Origin: Lama guanicoe
Taxonomy: Eukaryota
Assembly (NCBI GenBank): GCA_013239625.1
Contig: MU053379.1
Span: 3,392,866 to 3,456,865, forward strand
DNA: 64,000 nt
Direction of reading: 5' to 3'
Positions within the stretch are counted from its first letter, which is position 1; every line of letters begins with the position of its first letter. A program made the translations under genes and the position numbers. Of the stretch, positions 62,493-64,000 are shown piece by piece. The notes below the pieces were generated by a model. The model saw nothing but the letters and a program-made list of their open reading frames with translations. It was not told the DNA's origin and did not search any database.

Positions 62493-64000
62493 AAAAAACA
62501 AAGAAAAAACCTGCTTTGTGTAATTTGAATTATTTGAAAGCTGAACTTACTTGTTTTATGGCCCAGAGTATGGTCTTGATAAATGTTTCATTTTAATTTG
62601 GGAAAGACACAAGCTCTGCTGTTGGGTAGCGTGTTCTACAAACGTCGTCCTGCTGGGTGTTGGGTACGGGAGACGTGATTGTCTGTCTCTTGTTCTGCCA
62701 GTAATTGATAGGGGTATGGAAATCTGTAAAAAATTTTTTAGGTTTGTCTGTTTCTTCTTACAGCTCGGTTGCTTTTTGCACCTTGCATTTTGAAACTTAC
62801 TAGGTGCACAGACACTTAGGAGTGTTAAGTCTTTTGCTGAATATGCTCCTTTATCATTGTAAGATGGGTAATATTCTTTGAAATCTGTTTTGTCCGATAT
62901 TAATACAAGCAGATCTTTTGACTAATGTTATCATGGTCTACTTCCATCCTTTTACTTTTGGCCTACTTGAGTCTTTATATACGAAGTGTTCTTAGTAGAC
63001 AGCATATAGCTGGTTCTTGTTTTTATATACAGTTTGATGATTGCTGCCCCTCTTTTTAATTGTGGCCAAATATGCATAATGTGACACTTGCCATTTATAT
63101 ATAGAATTCTGTGGCATTAAGTACATTTGCAATACTGTGAAGCCATTACTGTTTGTCATTCCTAGAACTTTGTCATCATCCCAAACAGAATCTGTCTACT
63201 CACCTAAATTCTCTGTTCCCTTCCCCTTACTTCATGTCTTATGAATTTGCCTGTTTTGGACTAATATAAGCAGAATCATACTATTTGTCATTTTGTATCT
63301 GGCTTCTTTCACTTTGTCACTTAGCATAATGTTTTCAAGATTCATCCATGTTTAGCATGGATCAGGGCTTTTTTTTATTAAGGATCTTTGAAGCTGTTTG
63401 AAGTATTTATATGCAAATATGTGTATAATGTATAGGAATTTAAATGTTTAAACTCTTCATATGTTGAAGTTTTATAAGTATACGTATAGCTCATTAATTT
63501 TCACGAACTGAAGATGTGTGACTTGCGCCCAGATCATGAAGCAGAGTATTATCGCAGTGTTAGTACCCTGGGACTCAGGGCTTTGCTCCCTCCTACACGG
63601 TGGCCACCCTACAGTCATGTCTCCTGATAGCAAAGAGTGGTTTTGGTAATGCTTGTATTATTGAAAATTGTCTGTTCCTTTCATTTTTATCATTTATTAT
63701 AAGTCGTGTGTATTTTCATGCTGTTATTAGGTATATATATGTTTCTAAGTGTTGTATCTTCTTGATGGATTGACCTTTTTATCATTATCAAATGCCATTA
63801 CTTCTAGTAATTTTTTAGGTCAGTTTTGTCTGATATGAGTGCAGCCACTCCACGTTTCTTGTGGTTGTTATTCTTCCCCATCCATTTACTTTCACTCTGT
63901 ATGTGTGAATCTCAGATGTGTCTCCTGTAGACAGCATATAACTGGGTCAATTTTAATCCAGTCTGATGGTTGTCTATTGATTGGATTATTTAATCAGCTC

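Larger units (their letters stand above)
58250..64000 (-). mobile_element. Large old minus-strand L1 in XRN2 intron 1, interrupted by a SINE, the chimeric retrocopy and another L1 tail
   Basis: NLDEMSIICERHKLQKLIQKEIDNLNS...GPDGFTGESYQIFKE (ORF2) and SNTLLNNQRVK. Confidence 0.8.

Noticed and set aside
1..64000. CRISPR arrays, operons or prokaryotic defence systems
   Set aside because: The sequence is mammalian (spliced genes, LINEs, SINEs) and no repeat-spacer arrays were seen.

Overview
This is mammalian nuclear DNA, very probably a camelid (camel/alpaca/llama), judged from its tRNA-Ala-like SINE family. The window covers the KIZ-XRN2 interval. It holds the last four coding exons, stop codon and poly(A) signal of KIZ (+, 2.9-15.1 kb), then a ~40 kb repeat-rich intergenic region (nested and deleted LINE-1s, ERV/MaLR remnants, hAT DNA transposons, SINEs). 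It ends with the CpG-island promoter, exon 1 and the start of intron 1 of XRN2 (+, ATG at 55839). No prokaryotic-type system, CRISPR array or intact tRNA/rRNA gene is present. The most interesting observations are: (1) a TSD-flanked, polyadenylated chimeric retrocopy in XRN2 intron 1 made of a SNAP47 coding fragment, an L1 piece and an LTR cut at its poly(A) site; (2) scattered C2H2-finger-like relics on the minus strand, suggesting a large decayed zinc-finger gene broken up by transposons; (3) a candidate frame-preserving 9-nt KIZ microexon; (4) an orphan RE1/NRF1/GC-box promoter-like element 7.7 kb upstream of XRN2; (5) localized AT-to-GC substitution patches inside L1 copies. Gene and repeat identities come from recalled sequences, not database searches, and repeat boundaries are approximate.
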